Assembly (NCBI RefSeq): GCF_006345805.1
Contig: NC_043014.1
Coordinates: forward strand, 53,692,001-53,756,000
Length of the DNA stretch: 64,000 bases
From: Octopus sinensis
Lineage: Eukaryota
Direction: 5' to 3'
Part shown: positions 26,254 through 39,837 of the stretch, piece by piece
How positions within the stretch are numbered: the stretch's first letter is position 1
Layout of the letters: the number at the start of each line of letters is the position of its first letter
Translations under genes and position numbers: made by a program
The notes under the pieces: generated by a model
Told to the model about the DNA's origin: nothing
Databases searched by the model: none
Seen by the model: only the letters and a program-made list of their open reading frames with translations

Positions 26254-26560
26254 AAGGCGCAGGAGTGGCTGTTTGGTAAGTAGCTTGCTTACCAACAACA
26301 TGGTTCCGGGTTCATTCCCACTGCGTGGCACCTTGGGCAAATATCTTCTGCGAAGCCTCGGCCTGACCAACACTTTGTGAGTCGATTTGGTATGTGTGTG
26401 TATATGTTTGTGTTTGTCCCACCCCGATGGTGGTGTGTTTACGTCCCGGTAACTTAGCGGTTCGGCAAAAAGACTGATAGAATAAGTCCTGGAGTCGATT
26501 TGCTCGACTAAAAGGCGGTGCTCCAGCATGGCCGCAGTCAGATGACTAAAACAAGTAAAA
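26254..26560 (+). mobile_element. tRNA-derived SINE family B, near full length
   Basis: Head ggcgcaggagtggctgtttggtaag..gggttcattcc; body ccttgggcaa, ggttcggcaaaa, agaataagt. Confidence 0.75.
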
Positions 26561-26882
26561 GAGTAAGAGTATATATAAATACACGCACACACACACACAT
26601 ATATATAAATACATATATAAATACATATATATATATATATATATATATAAATATCAGAGCTGACCTCCGTGCCGATGGCACGTTAAGCATTCAAGTATGA
26701 TCGTTTCCGCGTCGCCTTACTAACACTTGTGCTAGTGGCATGTGAAGTATTCGAGCGAGGTCTGGCTCCTGTGCAGGTGGCACGTAAACAGCACCATTTG
26801 GGTGTGGCTGTTGCCAGTACCACCAAAATGGGCCTCGTGTCTGTGGCACGTAAAAGCACCCTCTTATACGCCATTTGGTCTC

Positions 26883-27238
26883 AACTCTCCCCCCCTCCTC
26901 ATCTAACCTCCCCCCCCCGACCCCTACTTCTCTTCAGTCCTTCATTCTTTCAACGCCCTACTCCTCTTCCCTTCTTCCTCTTTCTCCTCCCTCCTTCTTC
27001 CCTCTTCCCCATTCCCTCTTTCTCCTCGCTCCCTCACTCCGCTTCTCTCTCTCTCCCCTCTCCCTCTATCCCCCTCTCCTCTCCCTCCTCTTCTCCTCTC
27101 CTTCCTTTCTCCCCCTTCCCCTTCCCCTCCTCTTCTCCCCTTTCCTTCTCTTCCTTCTTTTCTTCTCCTCCCTTCTCTCCCCTTTCTTTCTCCCCCTCCC
27201 CCTTACCTCCCCCTTCTTCCCTCATCTCCTCTCTCTAC
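26883..27238. repeat. Polypyrimidine (C/T) low-complexity tract
   Basis: About 350 bp almost entirely C/T on the + strand. Confidence 0.9.
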
Positions 27239-27508
27239 ACTACCCATACGACTTTACACAGCATCATCATCATATATATACACACGTCCAGACCTCTCAT
27301 ACGCACTAATACTCTCTCATACACACACACACACACTCTTATGTTGGAGCGAGGTCATCACCCTATTATCTCCCCTAATTTCGATCTTGCGTCTCATGTT
27401 TGATCTTTGACTTCTGGCCGAAATCAGATCGCCATGTTAATTCGCTAGCCTCTGCACGCATATATATTTTTTCTCTCCTTCTTTGTGTGTTTTTTTTCTC
27501 TCTGTGTA

Positions 27509-27546
27509 TCTTTCTGTTGAAGAGCGTAGGCTCGAAACGTTAAAGA
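27509..27546 (+). ncRNA. Hammerhead-like motif with CTGTTGA core
   Basis: TCTTT-CTGTTGA-A-GAGC-GTAG-GCTC-GAAAC-GTT-AAAGA: all stems pair; A6U change in the core. Confidence 0.55.
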
Positions 27547-27552
27547 CTTGTT

Positions 27553-27691
27553 TTACTTATATTTCCTGAGCGCCATACTAATACAATTGTTTGTTTGTAT
27601 TCCACCTGCCTTCGTCTTTTGTTTATTTCCGTAAACCTGCCTTCGTCTCTTTTGTCTATTTTCATAAAGCTTCCCGTTATATATATATATA

Positions 27692-27757
<66 letters not shown>

Positions 27758-27861
27758 ATGGTGTTATTCATAAATTTTGTGGGGTGACTATAATCATAAT
27801 TGGCTGATGAGTACTCAGCATCTTAAATATGTTGTAATACTTACAACATTTAATAAAATGA

Positions 27862-27903
<42 letters not shown>

Positions 27904-28022
27904 GGGAAGCTTTATGAAATAGACAAAAGACGAAGGCAGGTTACGGAAATAAACAAAAGACGAAGGCAGGTGGAATACAAACAAACAATTGTATTAGTAT
28001 GGCGCTCAGGAAATATAAATAA
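27553..28022. repeat. ~125-bp inverted repeat around (TA)n tracts, directly 3' of a hammerhead-like motif
   Basis: 27553-27680 is the reverse complement of 27901-28022. Confidence 0.85.
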
Positions 28023-28036
28023 AATATGTGTGTGTG

Positions 28037-28109
<73 letters not shown>

Positions 28110-28915
28110 ATACACAAACAACACACAAACATTTACGTTTATAAATTTGAGTTGCAAGATTTCTGATGTGAAACCGTGTGTTGAAACAGATAATGTTGTA
28201 TTTTGTGATGGTGATGTTTGTTTTTTTTAAATCTGAAAATGTAGAAAAACAGAGTGGACTAAGCAGAGCAGGAGCACACAGTAGGACGGAAAGTGTCGCT
28301 GAAGAGGTCACAGATGTGTGACAAAAATTTTCCAGACAATGGATATTAGTTAAAATAAAAAGAGTAACAAACGAGTGAAGAACGAACATATAATGTGTAG
28401 GTTTATATGGCAAAAGAAATTGGAAAATGACCATCTCTAAATACAGCAATATTTATATATCCTCAAATTCTTATTAGTTACTGATTTTGAAAGCTTGAAA
28501 TACTTTCCATTACTTTTTTCGTTTTCTTTTTTTTTTTTTTTTTTTTTTTTGTTATCAGAAAAATTCGTTTTTGGCAGGTTTTGAATCTTGGGGGATCTTC
28601 TTAAACGCATCGGAAGACAGTTTTAGAAATGAGATCAATAAAAGTTTGATAGATTTTAAAATCCACAGAGGATAACATGCAACGAACTGTTGTGTGATTT
28701 GCCGCTTTCCTTCGGCCCCCACCGCACCCACTTTAATGAGATTTTAATTAGTCTACGGAGGAACTCAATTTAAAAAAGTTTCATATGCTAGTAGTAAATC
28801 AAACGGGGACACCACTCTCAATATGACACGGAGAGAATAAGAAACAAGAGTTGTCTCCTTTGAATATTGAAACTCCTGTAAAGACAAGGATTCAAAATTA
28901 AATCTGATATACATG

Positions 28916-29318
28916 ATCTTTTCTACTCTAGGCACAAGGCCCGAAATTTTGTGGGAGGGAGACAGTCGATTAGATCTACCCTAGTACGCAACTGGTACTT
29001 TATTTATCAACCCCGAAAGGATGAAAGGCAAAGTCGACCTAGGTGGAATTTGAATTCAGAACATAAAGACAGACGAAATACCTATTTCTTTACTACCCAC
29101 AAGGGGCTAAACACAGGGAGGACAAACAAGGACAGACAAACGAATTAAGTCGATTATATCGACCCCAGTGCGCAACTGGTACTTAATTTATCGACCCCGA
29201 AAGGGTGAAAAGCAAAGTCGACCTCGGCGGAATTTGAATTCAGAAAGTAGCGGCAGACGAAATACTGCTAAGCATTTCGCCCGGCGTGCTAACGTTTCTG
29301 CCAACTCGCCGCCTTACC
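28916..29318 (-). mobile_element. Two SINE family A copies
   Basis: Reverse complement of the family A motif (caactggtactt, aaaggcaaagtcgacct). Confidence 0.75.
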
Positions 29319-29479
29319 TAATATACATATTAACGACAGACGCAGTATTAATACCGAGAGAGAACATTTATTCCCACTTAAATGTGGATGTTCTGTTAGA
29401 ACAAACTATACTGTGGTAGATACCATGAAAGAAACTCTCATGTAGGCGTACCATTGTAGAGATCAGCTGCCCAAATTGA

Positions 29480-29700
29480 GAGGAAATGAGAACATCTATG
29501 AAGAACTGATTAGAAACATACACCTCTTGTACCCAGGAATATAGATTTGCATTTGTTTCTATTACCATCGGTGCTCCATAACATCAGGTCTGCATGGAAA
29601 CCTAGAAATGCTTGAATTGTCCAAAAGAGAACAAAATAAACCGATTCACATTCTCCAGATAGAATCGATTAAAGGAACAGTGAAAATTTGGAATCATTTC
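29480..29700 (+). mobile_element. RLE-type LINE C-terminal fragment
   Basis: ENIYEELIRNIHLLYP matches the other copies. Confidence 0.6.
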
Positions 29701-30119
29701 AGGGATTCCCTATTTGAGGTTCCTTAGAGAATATATGCACACAATCATGCACATGCACGCGCGCACACGTACATAAATAGTAATGAAATATACAGACTTG
29801 TGTTCTATTGTGACGCACGCATATACACATGCATATATCAGCTAATTCAGGTAACCACAAACCTCGTGAGCTGTTTTGACTTGAACACAAGGACTTTGTC
29901 ACTTGCACATACACACACACATACATGCATACATACATACATACATACATACATACATACATACATACATACATACATACATACATACATACATACATAC
30001 ATACATGGTATGGTGGCTGCCCCCTCGTTATCGAGTATGGCCATTGCACGAAGCTTAATCAATGTTGTTATCATGCAATGCCTGTGCAAGATTTTTTTAA
30101 AGTGAGGAAAGGCTGTGCA

Positions 30120-30538
30120 CTGAGTCAATCCCACTCACTAAGCAACAGCAGCCATAATCCGAAAAGAAGAACGAGTCAACATCATCGATAACCACTGAGC
30201 CGCAGGTTTTATGTTGGAGTAATCCCAGTTACTTGAGTTACCTTCTCCTAGAAGGATGCCCTGACAAAGGCTAGGAGTCCTTCACTCCCAATGGTTTAAC
30301 CGCGCGATCGGGTGTTGAGTCCATTTATTTCTATGTCCCCGCGCATGATACAGCCTTAAGACATTTATTGGATGCCGTTGAATCTTAAAGTTCCCTCCGC
30401 CCTTTGACGGGTTTTTGTTTTTTCATCCCGCAGGTGTCCAATAAACACCCTCCTCACCAAGCAAGCTTGGTGGGTTTGCCGGTTTAGTCGCCGACGACCC
30501 GACCATGCAACAGTTGTACTGGGTTACATGTTACCAGT
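30120..30538 (-). mobile_element. Dispersed repeat resembling an RTE LINE 5' UTR; second copy at 35850-36254
   Basis: Two colinear copies; the segment ccttctcctagaaggatgccctgacaaaggctaggagtcc resembles RTE 5' regions (recalled, not searched). Confidence 0.5.
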
Positions 30539-30770
30539 ATACATACATACATACATACATGCATACACTCACTTATATGTATAATACATGCATACATACA
30601 TACACACACACACACTCACTTATATGTATAATACATACATGCATACATATATGTAATTTTGTCTGTGTTAACTACATCCCGAAGATGGAACCATGTATGT
30701 TTGTTGGAAACTGGCTCCTTCCTTAGTGGAAGATTTATGATAATTAAAAAAAATTGAAGAGATATACATA

Positions 30771-30889
<119 letters not shown>

Positions 30890-32861
30890 TCACACACACA
30901 CACGCACATTAATCTGGAAAATATTTTGAAAGAAAATGGAAAAGTGACCATAATTGGACGGAGGCACAAATCGGGTGATGTTTAAACGTCCTCCGTTTTA
31001 TATTTTAGAATTCAATTTAATTTAATTTACAGAATTGTAATTTACAATGCTTAAATATACACATCATCCGAAAATTATCGCTTTTGACACACTAAATAAT
31101 TTCTGGCTCTAGTCTTTAGGAATTTCTTGAAATATTTAGGTACATAAAAAATATGAATAATAATAAATGGCCATATAGAAGTTGCAAATATTGCAACAAG
31201 TATTGAATTGATCTTACATTCCTCTTTATTATATACACCCACTTATGAGAGACAACGACGGATTTTTTTTATGCGCTTCTGCTTTCTTTCTTTCGTTTTT
31301 CTCTTTTTTATTCTTTTAACTCCAGGTCAGTCGTGGTCCAGCAGACCTATGAGTACTTTTTGGTTATCCCACTCCCATTAAAAAATTTGCCATTAAAAAA
31401 TTGGATTATCTCCCCACTAAAAGTTGAGTTTATGTGGCGACAAGAGATTGGATTAAAAGGATTAGATCCTCTTCATTCAATACTTCGACACATTGTTAAC
31501 TTTCGGCCTCCTCAATACGCGGGGTATGATTTGCTATAAAAAGGTTATTAGATTCAATAAGATGTTCAATCTCTTCAGTTTTTTTTTTCCGTTTAGCAAA
31601 TCCACTCACAAGACTTTGGTCAGCCTGGGGTCATAATGGAAGAGACTTGCCCATGGTGCCACGCAGTGGGACTGAACCTGGAACCATGTGTTTGGGAAGC
31701 AATCTTCTTGCCACACAACCACTACTACTCTTCCTCCTTGTTCTACTCCGCTTCCTATTTGTTATTAAACTGTTAGATTCAATAATCTTTCCCCTTTTCT
31801 TGTTTATTAATTTTTCAGTTTCCTTCTGTTTTATTGAGGGTTAAACAATTTTTTTAGTTGGGGGAGATAACCCAATTTTTTAATGGGGGTGAGCTAACTA
31901 AAAAAGTCCCGACCTACGATGATCCTCGATTTGGAAAGCCTTTCATCATTGGTCTTCTCCATCAGGACGGTCTGGCGATAAACAATAACAACATGGCTGT
32001 GAATTTGGACACTTCTTAGAGCGTCCGACAAGATGCACACGGTATTTAGTTACATCCCTTTACAGTCTGGGTTCAGATTCTAGAGAGATCAACTTTCCTC
32101 TTCATCTTCCGGAATTCGATAAAATAAAGTGCCAGTCAAGTCCTGGATATCATTTCTAACTATGCCACGAAGAGTAATGATAATAACGACAGCACACAAA
32201 TGTCCGTAGCTTTTAGCTGGGACTAAATAATAGCAACGAGAAAGGCCAATAAGAATTATACGTGCAAAAAGAAGAAACATACTGGAAAACAAAAGAACTG
32301 AAGTCGGCCTCCTATGGTCGTGCACTTTGAACTGTGCATTAAAACACCGATTAGTTGTTCTCCCCTGTGCACCAAGGAAGTCGTTATGAGTTCAATCGAT
32401 TTACTGGAAATAACAGTCAATTTTCTATCAGATTACACCTTTCCGCCATGAGGGAGAGGCGGGGGTGAGAGAGATGTGCAATTGATAGTTTAGTCTTGAA
32501 TGTACAAAACGTAGGAATGGTCATGGTTGTAATGTCTTTTCATTATAGGCCTGCTCGATGAGAGGTGGCCTGGAATTAAAACAACACCATCAACATCATA
32601 TTTTCTCTTTATGAGCTATTAAAGGTTGCAGCCAAATTTCTCAATTTCTTTACCCGGCTTATAAATAGTGATGGGATAATAAAGTGACAATAGTCACGAA
32701 TGAAATGTCGTTGATCATCAGTCAGGAATGACCGGGGGTTTAACAACAATTTTGTTTTTCGCTTCCACTAATTTTATTCCCAACGATGGAGACAACTCGT
32801 AACTGATAAACAACATTGAATTGTCGTTGACAAATAATTCCAAGTAAAAACGGAACGGAAT

Positions 32862-32870
32862 AAAAAAAAA
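32862..32870 (-). terminator. Pol III oligo-T terminator of the tRNA
   Basis: T9 on the minus strand, 8 nt downstream of the tRNA 3' end. Confidence 0.8.
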
Positions 32871-32878
32871 GTGGCTAA

Positions 32879-32951
32879 CGACCCTGATGGGACTTGAACC
32901 CACAATCTTCGGCTCCGGAGGCCGACGCCTTATCCATTAGGCCACAGGGCC
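32879..32951 (-). tRNA. tRNA-Arg(CCG)
   Basis: Reverse complement GGCCCTGTGGCCTAATGGATAAGGCGTCGGCCTCCGGAGCCGAAGATTGTGGGTTCAAGTCCCATCAGGGTCG: 73 nt, full cloverleaf, anticodon CCG, intact A and B boxes. Confidence 0.95.
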
Positions 32952-33142
32952 AACAGCGATTCAGTTTTATATTATAAGGGTTAAATAAAGGAAGAGAACA
33001 ATGGGCATTGAATTATTTGTTCATATATATAATGAATTAATTGTGATTGTTTTACTTTGCATTGAGTATTCCGGTCTATGTTTTTATCGCAAATTTACAT
33101 AAGAGTATTAGGCCAGGGCATGCCTACGCGAGTGTGCACCAC

Positions 33143-33788
33143 CTTTGACTTTGTTTCCTCATAACTTCCAGAAAAATAGATATTTTCTACAAATATGCTT
33201 CAGAGGGTGTAGATTCTGATTATATTGGAATTTGTTGTAGAAAATTTTTTTATTGAAGGTAAGGAGAGCAACTTCAGAAAATTCATGCAAATTGACTTTG
33301 TTTCCTCATGACTTTTAGAAAAATGGATACTTTATCTTACGAAATTTTTCTACAAATACCTCTCAGATGGTGTAAGATTATGATTATATTGGAATTTAAT
33401 ACAAAAAAAAAAAGTGGGGGGATAGATTCGCATGCATACTTACTGACACACACCACGTATACCTACAAAGTGCAACTTGAAATTTCGGAAAAAAATTGTA
33501 ATGTGTCAGTATCTGTGTACGAGCCCAACAATTTTATTTTTCATATTAAATTCCAGTATAATCCAAATCTACACCATCTGAAAATTTCATTACAAAATAC
33601 CCATGTTTGTGAAAGTCATGAGGAAACAAAGCTGACTCGTGTGAATTTTCCGAAATTCCTCTCTCCATCCAAGGGAAAATTTTCCCCACGAATTTGATAT
33701 AATCGGAATATACACCAATTGTAGTGCCTTTCTGGAAAATTTCATATAAAAAATATCCATATTCTGGAAGTTATGAGGAAACAAAGTT
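33143..33788. mobile_element. MITE-like nested fold-back
   Basis: Outer IR ctttgtttcctcataacttccaga/tctggaagttatgaggaaacaaag; inner IR at ~33297 and ~33612. Confidence 0.6.
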
Positions 33789-34859
33789 GGTATACTTGTG
33801 TAAGTATACCATTGAATGTGTTCTTTCTTTTTGAAAGTAGAAGAGTTTTAGAGAAATTCAACTGAAATATTTAGCATATTATTGACCACATAGAGGTTCG
33901 TTTGACACAATTTTAGTTCCTTTTTATCATTAGTTAACCTTGCTCTTGCTTTGTTTAATGTCCACAAAGAGAACACCCTCAAATCACATAATCCCACTAC
34001 AAGTGAATAGCTAATTACTGAGGGCCTTGAGTTGCAGTGGATGACTTAATACAACAGCTATGGTTGAGTGAGGATTTTTCCTAGCATTTTTATTTACCTA
34101 TCAGTGGCCTGTAAACAAAAAAGGGAAATGGCTGGTGTGATTATGCACAATAATTTACTGTTCATCAGTTTAAAATTAAAAAAATACGTTTCTATCATCA
34201 CGCTTTTTCTATATGTAAAAACCAATCCACTCATCTGAAGGCTTGGCTGAAACTGCACTGTTCTGATGAGATCAAATAGACAGAAACAAGTTCTAAATTG
34301 TCCTTTGGCTATAGCAAAAATACAAAAAAGAAGATCAAGCTGCCTTTTTACTAGCATGAATATTAACTTGAAGAATTAATTTTTGGAAATTATCTCATTT
34401 TTTCTTTGAGAGCCATTTACCATCAAGCTTTGTTTTCTTTCTCCTAATAAAAAGAAAACTTTGAAATGTTTTGTTTTCAAAGTAATGCCATTAGCCCACA
34501 TTCAACTATTTCCATTAGTTCATTTTATGCAAATAATTATGCAAATTGTTCTGGTTAAAATTAATTGTAACACTTTTTCCTATTGATAAAATATGTCCAG
34601 TACTTACAGGCTTGGTTAATCTACAATGTTGATGAAGTCTAAGAGACTAAAGCATATCCATAGTTGTCCTTTGCTGGCAAACAAAAATCAAATTTCTTTT
34701 ACTCTAAACATATAAATTAACTCAAGGGTTTCCTTCTTAATTTCTTTAAATTCTCGCTCCCTTTCTCTTTGCATCACCAACAATAGCTGCTCGGTTTCTG
34801 TTTTTTGTTTTTTTTTCTCCAACTAAAACAAAAATTACAGTTGATTAATATTTTCTGTG

Positions 34860-35012
34860 TAAGAGACATCAGATGAAGACTGCACTGGTTTGGTCATGTT
34901 ATACACATGGATGAGGACAGCTGCATAAAGAAGTGCTGAGTTCTAGTTGTGGAGGGAACCTATTGAAGGAGTAGACCCAGGAAGATGTGGGATGAAGTAG
35001 TGAAGATGTTGT
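34860..35012 (+). mobile_element. RTE LINE 3' fragment
   Basis: LHWFGHVIHMDEDSCIKKC...RPRKMWDEVV. Confidence 0.65.
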
Positions 35013-35279
35013 CAAGCTAAGTAAAATTGATGTCATCCATACATACTGGCTTGTCCTTTACAGGTGCCAGTGTTGTATAAAATGCACTCGTGCCAGTGCT
35101 GTGTAAATGCACTCGTGCCAGTGGCATGTAAGAAGTACTCAGCACACTCTGTAAAATGGTTGGCGTTAGGAAGAATACCCAGCTGTTTTGTTGCTGTCTC
35201 GCTCAACTGTGCCCCACACATATTAATGAAGAGGGTTGCAGTCAGGGGAGTTAGGTGGTTAAATGTTAGGGGTGATGTA

Positions 35280-35845
35280 ATCACCAAAATTTTCTGACAG
35301 CCATGACTGGGTTCTCCTGCTTGTGTGGCATGGTGCAGAGTTTTGTTGCCAGAAATAGGGTGTTGCAGCAGCCACCCTCTTGACCTAGGGTAGCACTACC
35401 TCCTCCAGGCACTTGATGTAAGCCTCCAAGTTGAGTCTGAGGCCATGTGGGAAGATGAATGGAGGCATAACATTGCCATCACTAGTGATCACTCCAAACA
35501 CCATGATGTTGACTGCCTCCAGTTGAGTCTGAGGCCATGTGGGAAGATGAATGGAGGCATAACATTGCCATCACTAGTGATCACTCCAAACACCATGATG
35601 TTGACTGAATGTTTGATTTTTATAACTCTCGGTACACGTCCTCAGATTGATGCCCAAACACTCCGAAATGTTCGTATTGGAGCTTCCAGTGTGAATGCCA
35701 AGCAGTACAGCATGTCATTTCCAAATTTCTGGCAGAGTGAATTGTGTCATGGTGCTGTTTTTCTCACAGATGATGCCCAACTGACCCTACTATACTGTGT
35801 AGTTGACAAAATCAAAAACGAACAATGCGCAGGTGCAAAATGAAA
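35280..35845 (-). mobile_element. Tc1/mariner transposase fragment with a ~93-bp internal tandem duplication
   Basis: Reverse complement matches 43720-44165; VNIMVFGVITSDGNVMPPFIFPHGLRLN occurs twice. Confidence 0.8.
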
Positions 35846-36329
35846 TCACTGAATCAATCCACTACTAAGGAACAGCAGCCATAATCCTGAAAGAGAACGA
35901 GTCATATATCATCGGTAACACTGAGCCGCAGGTTTTATGTTGGAGTTTATCCCAGTTACCTGAGTTACCTTCTCCTAGAAGGATGCCCTAACAAAGGCTA
36001 GGAGTTCTTCACTCCCAATGGTTTAATCGCGCGATCGGGTATTCAGTCCGATTATTTCTATGATACAGCCTTAAGACATTTATTGGATGGCCGTTGACTC
36101 TCAAGAGTTCATCCGCCCTTTGACGGGTTTTGTTTTTCATCCCGCATGGTGTCCAATAAATACCCTCCTCACCAAACAAGCTTGGTGGGGTTGCCGGTTT
36201 AGTCGCCGACGACCCGACCATGCAACAGGTTGTACTGGGTTACATGTTACCAGTAACACTCGAAAGTGACCTGACATACACATATACATACATACATACA
36301 TACATAAATACATACATACATACATACAT

Positions 36330-36775
36330 AGACAGAGGGGCAAAGGTATACACCATCACAGAGGTCAGCTGCCCTGCAGATATAAATGTCTCTTTGAAAA
36401 TCAAAGAAAAAGAAGATATCTATGGACAACTGCTTCAAAACCTTCAGCTTCTCTATCCAGAATATGAATTCATATTCATACCAATAATAATTGGAACACT
36501 AGGTTTTGTTAGTAAATGCTTAAAGGAGACTCAGGATAAACTGGGATTTTCAGAAAGAGAAATTGCCCAGCTGATTCATACATTACAAGTGCAATCTGTG
36601 AGTAGAACAGTAAAGATATGCAAGACTTTACTCAAGTTGCAAATGTGAATTTGTCTGTGTTAACTACATCCCAAAGATGGAGCCTTGTATCTTTATTCGA
36701 AATCAGCTCCCTCCTTAGTGGAAGATTTATAGTAATTAAAAAATAGGAGAGACATACATACATACATACACTCAC
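36330..36775 (+). mobile_element. RLE-type LINE 3' end inside (CATA)n
   Basis: TEVSCPADIN..YGQLLQNLQLLYPEY.FIPIIIGTLG; CATA tracts on both sides. Confidence 0.88.
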
Positions 36776-38084
36776 ACATACATACATACGTACATAAGTA
36801 GGGTAGGTAGGTAGGTAGAGGTGAATTAATTAGAATCATTTACCAAATTTGAATAATTTAAATCTGTATTGATCCAATTGTATATTACATGTATGCAGCA
36901 AATGTAAAAGTGTTTGTTTTAGTAGTTGAATGAATGCATGTATGAGAGGCAGCTAGCTAGTTAGTCCATAGCCATAGCAGTTGTCACTGGAGTTGTTGCA
37001 GCTCTAAGTAAAGGAAAATGATGAGAGTAACAAGGGGGAAAAGGGAAGGCTTTGTCTGTGGTATATGCAGAGCCAGATATACCATTGTGCTTAGGTGTGC
37101 TTAAATGCAGGGCCCTATCTTCCTGCCCACAAGTTTTTTACAATGAATTTCCTGAGCATGTATGCTTGACTGTGACAGTAAGGGGCCTCATAACTTAAGT
37201 AGCATAGGGCCTCATTTGTCCTAAATCCAGCAATGGGTATTGGTAATAGGGAGAGAAGACAACTTCTCTCTCTCTTTCTCTCCCGCCCTCTTCTATCCCA
37301 GGCCAATTTGGCTTAAAGTTAATATGTTGCCTCCTTTATTGCTGTCACCAACTGCTGGAAATGAACTTTCGGTATCTGCTTATATTGTGGATCTAAGTGG
37401 ATGATTTAATGAATGAGAAGCCATAAAAGTCAAGCAGAACTTTTGAATACAGATTTTCCATCTCCATTTTATATCATAATGTTGATAGCTATAAGAACAA
37501 TAAGACAAAAAGGCCAGGATAAATTATAAGATAACCAGAAGGTTAACAGATAGGATCTTGGCAAAATTTCTTGATTCACAACTCTCCTCCCACACCTGCT
37601 AATAATGAATGAAGCAAGGACACAAGTGTAGTTTTGAAGGTGTACACAAAAAAGTTAATGTGGTACAAAACATCTTAGGTACCAGGAAAGAGAATCTGAA
37701 CTGCTGTATATGTTGATTTGCATGTGTGCACAAAGATAGTATATGAACAAGTGATTGAAAGCAATTAATTGAAATGTAATTTATCGAGTATGCACAAGAA
37801 ATATTAAAAGGTATGACAATCTAACATAATGACTGTGAGGGCAGTAAGGAAATTACCAAGGGACACCATATGCATGAAATAAACATCTGAATAAAAGATG
37901 GAAAAATGGGATGGTAATGACTGGAATGCTTGTTGAGGATAAGTTTGCTGGATCAGGACAGCCTTAGACAGGACCTACAAAAGGAAGGAGGTTCAGCTGG
38001 TACATGAGTCCAGTTTATGAGAGTCTTGATGGGGCCTGTGAATATCTGACAGACATCTACCATCAAAAAAGAGTTTTTTTAAAT

Positions 38085-38530
38085 AATGGATTCAAATTTT
38101 GGCACAAAACCACCAATTTTAGTGGGGTGCATTAGTCAATTGCTTCAACCCTAGTGCTCAACTGGTCCTCATTTTATCAAAAGACTGAAAGGCAAAGTCA
38201 AACTCACTGGAAGATGAACACAGAATATCAAGAGCAAGAAAAATTGCAACAACTAAGCATTTTGCTTGATGCAGTAATGATTCTACCAGTTCACCATCTT
38301 TACTAATAATTATAATAACACTCTCTATTATAGGCACAAGGCCTGAAATTTGGGGGAGGGGGATAATCGATTACATCAACCCCAATGCATAACTGGTACT
38401 TATTTAATCAACCCCAAAAGGATGAAAGGTAAAATCGACTGTAAGAAAATTTGAACTCAGAACGTAAAGACAGACAAAATACCACTAAGCATTTCACCCG
38501 GTGTACTGACAATTCAGCCAGCTCACCAAT
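38085..38530 (-). mobile_element. Two SINE family A copies
   Basis: Family A motifs on the minus strand. Confidence 0.65.
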
Positions 38531-38531
38531 T

Positions 38532-38710
<179 letters not shown>

Positions 38711-39837
38711 CCTCACAGCACTTTTGAACATGGAAGACCTTCTGATGGGTGGGGTGAAAGCAGTCTTGTCTAGTGATGTAGCTAGAGTGTGTGCTATTAG
38801 GGACAGCCTTTGAATTTGCCCTCCCCCACTTTAGGGTGTCAAGCCTATTCAGGCTTATACAGTCGACTAAAATGTGCTACCCCCACCCCAATAAAAGAAT
38901 CACTGAGGTTGAGATGCCCTCTACCCCACCCCACCCCCAACTTGATCCCCGGCTACATTACTAGTCTTGTCTAATTTGCAAAATTTCTCTCAGAAGCCAT
39001 GGACTTGTGGTCAAATGATTACAACTAGAATCATATGCTCTCTGATTTCTATGTCTACAGAACTATAGTTGGAGTTTTCAAAAAACATTGTGATTCATAA
39101 TCCTGGTGCTCTAGTTTTTGAGGCTTGTTCTCATTAATATAGGTTTCACTACAAAGCAGAACTCAATCATGTTTACATAAACACAGTAATAAACATATCT
39201 TGATTTAGGTTAATTTGTCACTATTGGCAACCAAGTCAGTTTAACACGAGGACAGCCATGAATGAGCAGATTCATAGTCAAAGGCATTCCAATGATGACC
39301 ATTGCATCTTACATATTGGTTGTAGTTGTTTAGCCCCGGGATATCAACTAAGCTTTTGACCAAAGACATTCCAATCATGACCATTCCATCTTATATATTG
39401 GTTGTCCTCTTTGTCGTTTAACCTCAAGCTTCTCATGTATGAGAAGACCAATTACCAAAGACATTCCAGCCATGACCATCCCATTTTATATATTTATACA
39501 TTTATATATTTATTGTTGTTATTGTCATTGTTGTTGTTGTTGGTAAAGTTGGCTATGATCAAGTATACTTATAATTAACGGTATTCCAGCCATGACCATC
39601 TCATATATTGTTTTTTGTTTAACCCCCAGGTCATCTAAGACACAGTAAATCTATAATCAAAGGTACTTTAGCCATGACTATTCCTTCCTTCTCTCAGACA
39701 TGTATCATACATCTCTACTTCTTCAAGATGTTAGGGTGTAATTTTAAAGAAATCAAGCTATTGTTTCTAGCAGCTTGAGTGACTACTTGGTGACATACTT
39801 GCTAGTTTGGTGGTGATAGGGTTGTGGTCATATTGAC

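Noticed and set aside
26729-27403. Ser/Pro/Leu/Phe-rich 224-aa ORF
   Set aside because: Product of a polypyrimidine tract plus a repeat head.
28295-28340. CTGAAGA-G-GTCAC-loop-GTGAC-AAAAA
   Set aside because: Good stem II, but GAAA and the cleavage triplet are missing; at best a dead relic.
34258-34300. CTGATGA...GAAACAAGTT
   Set aside because: No stem I or stem II pairing.
35416-35610. Short direct repeats as a CRISPR-like array
   Set aside because: Only two adjacent units from a Tc1 transposase, no spacers, eukaryotic context.
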